Source: Dendrobates tinctorius (lineage: Eukaryota). From it: DNA of 64,000 nucleotides. Both the position numbers and the translations under genes were made by a program. Location: positions 8,742,001 to 8,806,000 of the forward strand of contig NW_027361840.1 in NCBI RefSeq assembly GCF_039654945.1, given 5' to 3'. Position 1 is the stretch's first letter, and each line of letters begins with the position of its first letter. Of this stretch, positions 60,824-64,000 are shown piece by piece. Under the pieces are notes generated by a model. It was not told the DNA's origin and did no database searches. It saw only the letters and a list, made by a program, of their open reading frames with translations.

Positions 60824-61855
60824 TTAGCACGCAGGTAAAATAACAAAGGAGTGGCTTCACAACAACTCTGTGACCGTTCTTGACTGGCCCAGCCAGAGCC
60901 CTGACCTAAACCCAATGGAGCATCTCTGGAGAGACCTGAAAATGGCTGTCCACCAACGCTCACCATCCAACCTGACGGAACTGGAGAGGATCTGCAAGGA
61001 AGAATAGCAGAGGATCCCCAAACCCAGGGGTGAAAAACTTGTGGCCTCATTCCCAAGAAGACTCATGGCTGTACTAGCTCAGAAGGTGCCTCTCCTCAAT
61101 ACTGAGCAAAGGGGCTGAATACTCATGGCCATGTGAGATTTAAGGTTTTCTTTTTTAATAAATTTGCAACAATTTCTACACTTCTGTTTTTTTCTGTCGA
61201 GATGGGGAGCAGAGTGTAGATTTATGAGAAAAAAACTTTTTTGAATTTACCAAATGGCTGCAATGAAACAAAGAATGAAAAATTTAAAGGGGTCTGAATA
61301 CTTTCCGTACCCACTGTATATTAAACCAACCAATATCCCAAACAGAAATACAGCAAACAATTAGAGAAATAACAAATCCCCCGGCCCTGATGGACTAACG
61401 AGCAATTAATTCAAAACATTTCAAGACCTGCTAATCCCTCACATGACGTCAATTTTCCCAAATTTTATGCAAACCGGGAAAATTCCAAAAGAGAGGATAC
61501 AGGCAACAATTATACCCGTCCCCAAACCAGGGAAAACCCCTGATCGGACCTTCAATTTTAGGCCGATTTCATTATTGAATTACAGACCTTTAAAATTTAT
61601 TCCAAAATCCTAACCAATAGGATCTCAGAAATAATCCCGGCGTTAGTGCATAAAGACCAAGTGGGATTTGTTAACTCTTGACAGACCCTGGATAGTACGA
61701 GGAGGATGATTGATATCATCCATATGGCTGGAGGGAGACAGACCCCTCTATATTACTCTGTTTAGATGCCAAAAAGGCGTTCAATCGTGTGCATTAGAGG
61801 TTTTTATTCGAAGTGCTGTCCAGATTTGGGTTTGACAGTAATATACTTCGAGCGA

Positions 61856-62192
61856 TCGCCCCTCTACACTCCGGCCGGTCGCCCCTCTACACTCCGGCCG
61901 GTCGCCCCTCTACACTCCGGCCGGTCGGCCCTCTACACTCCGGCCGGTCGCCCCTCTACACTCCGGCCGGTCGCCCCTCTACACTCCGGCCGGTCGCCCC
62001 TCTACACTCCGGCCGGTCGCCCCTCTACACTCCGGCCGGTCGCCCCTCTACACTCCGGCCGCTCGCCCCTCTACACTCCGGCCGGTCGCCCCTCTACACT
62101 CCGGCCGGTCGCCCCTCTACACTCCGGCCGGTCGCCCCTCTACACTCCGGCCGGTCGCCCCTCTACACTCCGGCCGGTCGCCCCTCTACACT
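61856..62192. repeat. 23-bp tandem repeat inside the L1 RT region
   Basis: Unit TCGCCCCTCTACACTCCGGCCGG, about 14 copies. Confidence 0.96.
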
Positions 62193-62869
62193 CTAACCCA
62201 TCAGCCTCCGTTCTTATTTCAGGAATGATGTCAGATACATTTGATATCACTAATAGAACAAGGCAGGGGTGCCCACATTCTCCTCTAATATTTGTGCTAA
62301 GAATCAAACCCTTAGCTAAAAAAATTAGATCACATCCTGAAATAACCAGTATTGAAATTGGTAATACAGAGCACAAAATCGGGTTTTTTGCTGACGACCT
62401 TATTTTATCCCTTATCAATCTCGAAGAGTCGCTCAATTGAGTAATGGAAGTGATTTAGAATCCTTTACCCAAGTATCATATTAAAAATTGAATGTCCCTA
62501 AATGCCAAATTCGGAATCTAACGCCCTCCATACCACACCCTGTAAACCTAAAACCTAAGTACCTCTTTAAGTGGGATAATGAAAATATAACATATCTTGG
62601 AATCCGCTTGGCCTCCTCAGTAAATATAATGCTGTCATTAAATGATGAAGCTCTCAGATAAAAGATCAAAGGCGACATGCTGCGCATGAAGCAGCACGAC
62701 ATGTCCTGGTTAGGAACAACAGCGTCCGCAAAAATGTCCATATTCCCTCAAATATTGTACGTATTCCTCAATCTTCCTATCACAGTCCCCATGAAAATAC
62801 TCAAAGAATTACAAAGAATCATATTAAAATAAATGTCAGGAAAAACAACACAGTTAAAGCAGATATACT

Positions 62870-64000
62870 ACTATATATCCCAATAACAGAAGGAGGACTG
62901 GGCTGCCCCTCAGTGGTGAGATACTATAGAGCAGCCATATTATACATCCCAATAACAGGAGGACTGGGCTGCCCCTCAGTAGTGAGATATTATAGGGCAG
63001 CCATACTATACATCCCAATAACAGAGGGAGGACAGGGCTGCCCCTCAGTGGTGAGATATTATAGGGCAGCCATATTATACACCCCAATAACAGAGGGAGG
63101 ACTGGGCTGCCCCTCAGTGGTGAGATATTATAGAGCAGCCATATTATACATCCCAATAACAGAGGGAGGACTGGGCTGCCCCTCAGTGGTGAGATATTAT
63201 AGGGCAGCCATATTATACATCCCAATAACAGAGGGAGGACTGGGCTGCCCCTCAGTGGTGAGATATTATAGAGCAGCCATATTATACATCCCAATAACAG
63301 AGGGAGGACTGGGCTGCCCCTCAGTGGTGAGATATTATAGAGCAGCCATATTATACATCCCAATAACAGAGGGAGGACTGGGCTGCCCCTCAGTGGTGAG
63401 ATATTATAGAGCAGCCATATTATACATCCCAATAACAGAGGGAGGACTGGGCTGCCCCTCAGTGGTGAGATATTATAGGGCAGCCATATTATACACCCCA
63501 ATAACAGAGGGAGGACTGGGCTGCCCCTCAGTGGTGAGATATTATAGGGCAGCCATACTATACATCCCAATAACAGAAGGAGGACTGGGCTGCCCCTCAG
63601 TGGTGAGATATTATAGGGCAGCCATATTATACATCCCAATAACAGAGGGAGGACTGGGCTGCCCCTCAGTGGTGAGATATTATAGGGCAGCCATACTATA
63701 CATCCCAATAACAGAGGGAGGACTGGGCTGCCCCTCAGTGGTGAGATATTATAGGGCAGCCATATTATACATCCCAATAACAGAAGGAGGACTGGGCTGC
63801 CCCTCAGTGGTGAGATATTATAGGGCAGCCATACTATACATCCCAATAACAGAGGGAGGACTGGGCTGCCCCTCAGTGGTGAGATATTATAGGGCAGCCA
63901 TATTATACATCCCAATAACAGAGGGAGGACTGGGCTGCCCCTCAGTGGTGAGATATTATAGAGCAGCCGTACTATACATCCCAATAACAGAGGGAGGACT
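62870..64000. repeat. 69-bp tandem repeat derived from L1 ORF2; runs off the window
   Basis: The unit translates on + as YIPITEGGLGCPSVVRYYRAAIL, continuous with the upstream L1 relic. Confidence 0.95.

Larger units (their letters stand above)
58393..61316 (+). mobile_element. Tc1 transposon with intact TIRs and TA duplication, carrying three secondary insertions
   Basis: TA-CAGTGGGTACGGAAAGTATTCAGACCCCTTTAAA ... TTTAAAGGGGTCTGAATACTTTCCGTACCCACTG-TA; transposase MKSKEL...WSD...QQDNDPK...SPDLNP. Confidence 0.96.
57450..62940 (+). mobile_element. L1-type LINE ORF2 relic (EN-RT), interrupted by Tc1 and minisatellites
   Basis: VCGDFN, WLDHAPV, WCAHKASIRG, GNKAGKILA, TRQGCPHSPLIF, FFADD and GGLGCP...YYRA motifs occur in L1 ORF2 order. 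Confidence 0.92.

Overview
Eukaryotic, repeat-rich vertebrate DNA; the TE families and proteins point to an anuran amphibian (inference). Two spliced genes sit head-to-head across one CpG-rich promoter at about 11.5-11.8 kb. (1) On the + strand is the 5' part of SETD2 (H3K36 trimethyltransferase): the ATG exon at 13785, a 19-nt microexon at 38496, a 5,273-nt giant exon at 45395-50667 and eight AWS/SET/post-SET-region exons through 56575. The gene continues past the window. (2) On the - strand is a divergent tubulin gene that the ORF track does not assemble. Four coding exons (8054-7960, 7567-7472, 6356-6295, 5548-5411) splice in frame to 130 aa with the GQCGNQIG, VDTEP, GNNWAYG and GGTGSG motifs; it is best read as zeta (cryptic) tubulin. 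Its next intron holds a Gypsy LTR element, itself interrupted by a DIRS-like element. The rest of the window is intronic: Tc1/mariner copies, L1, L2 and CR1 LINE fragments, a solo LTR, a V-SINE, TTAA- and TWA-type MITEs (often nested) and about 16 minisatellites. Most long ORFs in the track are artefacts of those minisatellites. The most interesting items are the tubulin/SETD2 bidirectional pair with RFX-like X-boxes, two candidate extra cassette exons in SETD2, an overlapping uORF, and an in-frame decapeptide expansion inside the SETD2 giant exon. All coordinates were read by eye; TE and array edges are approximate.
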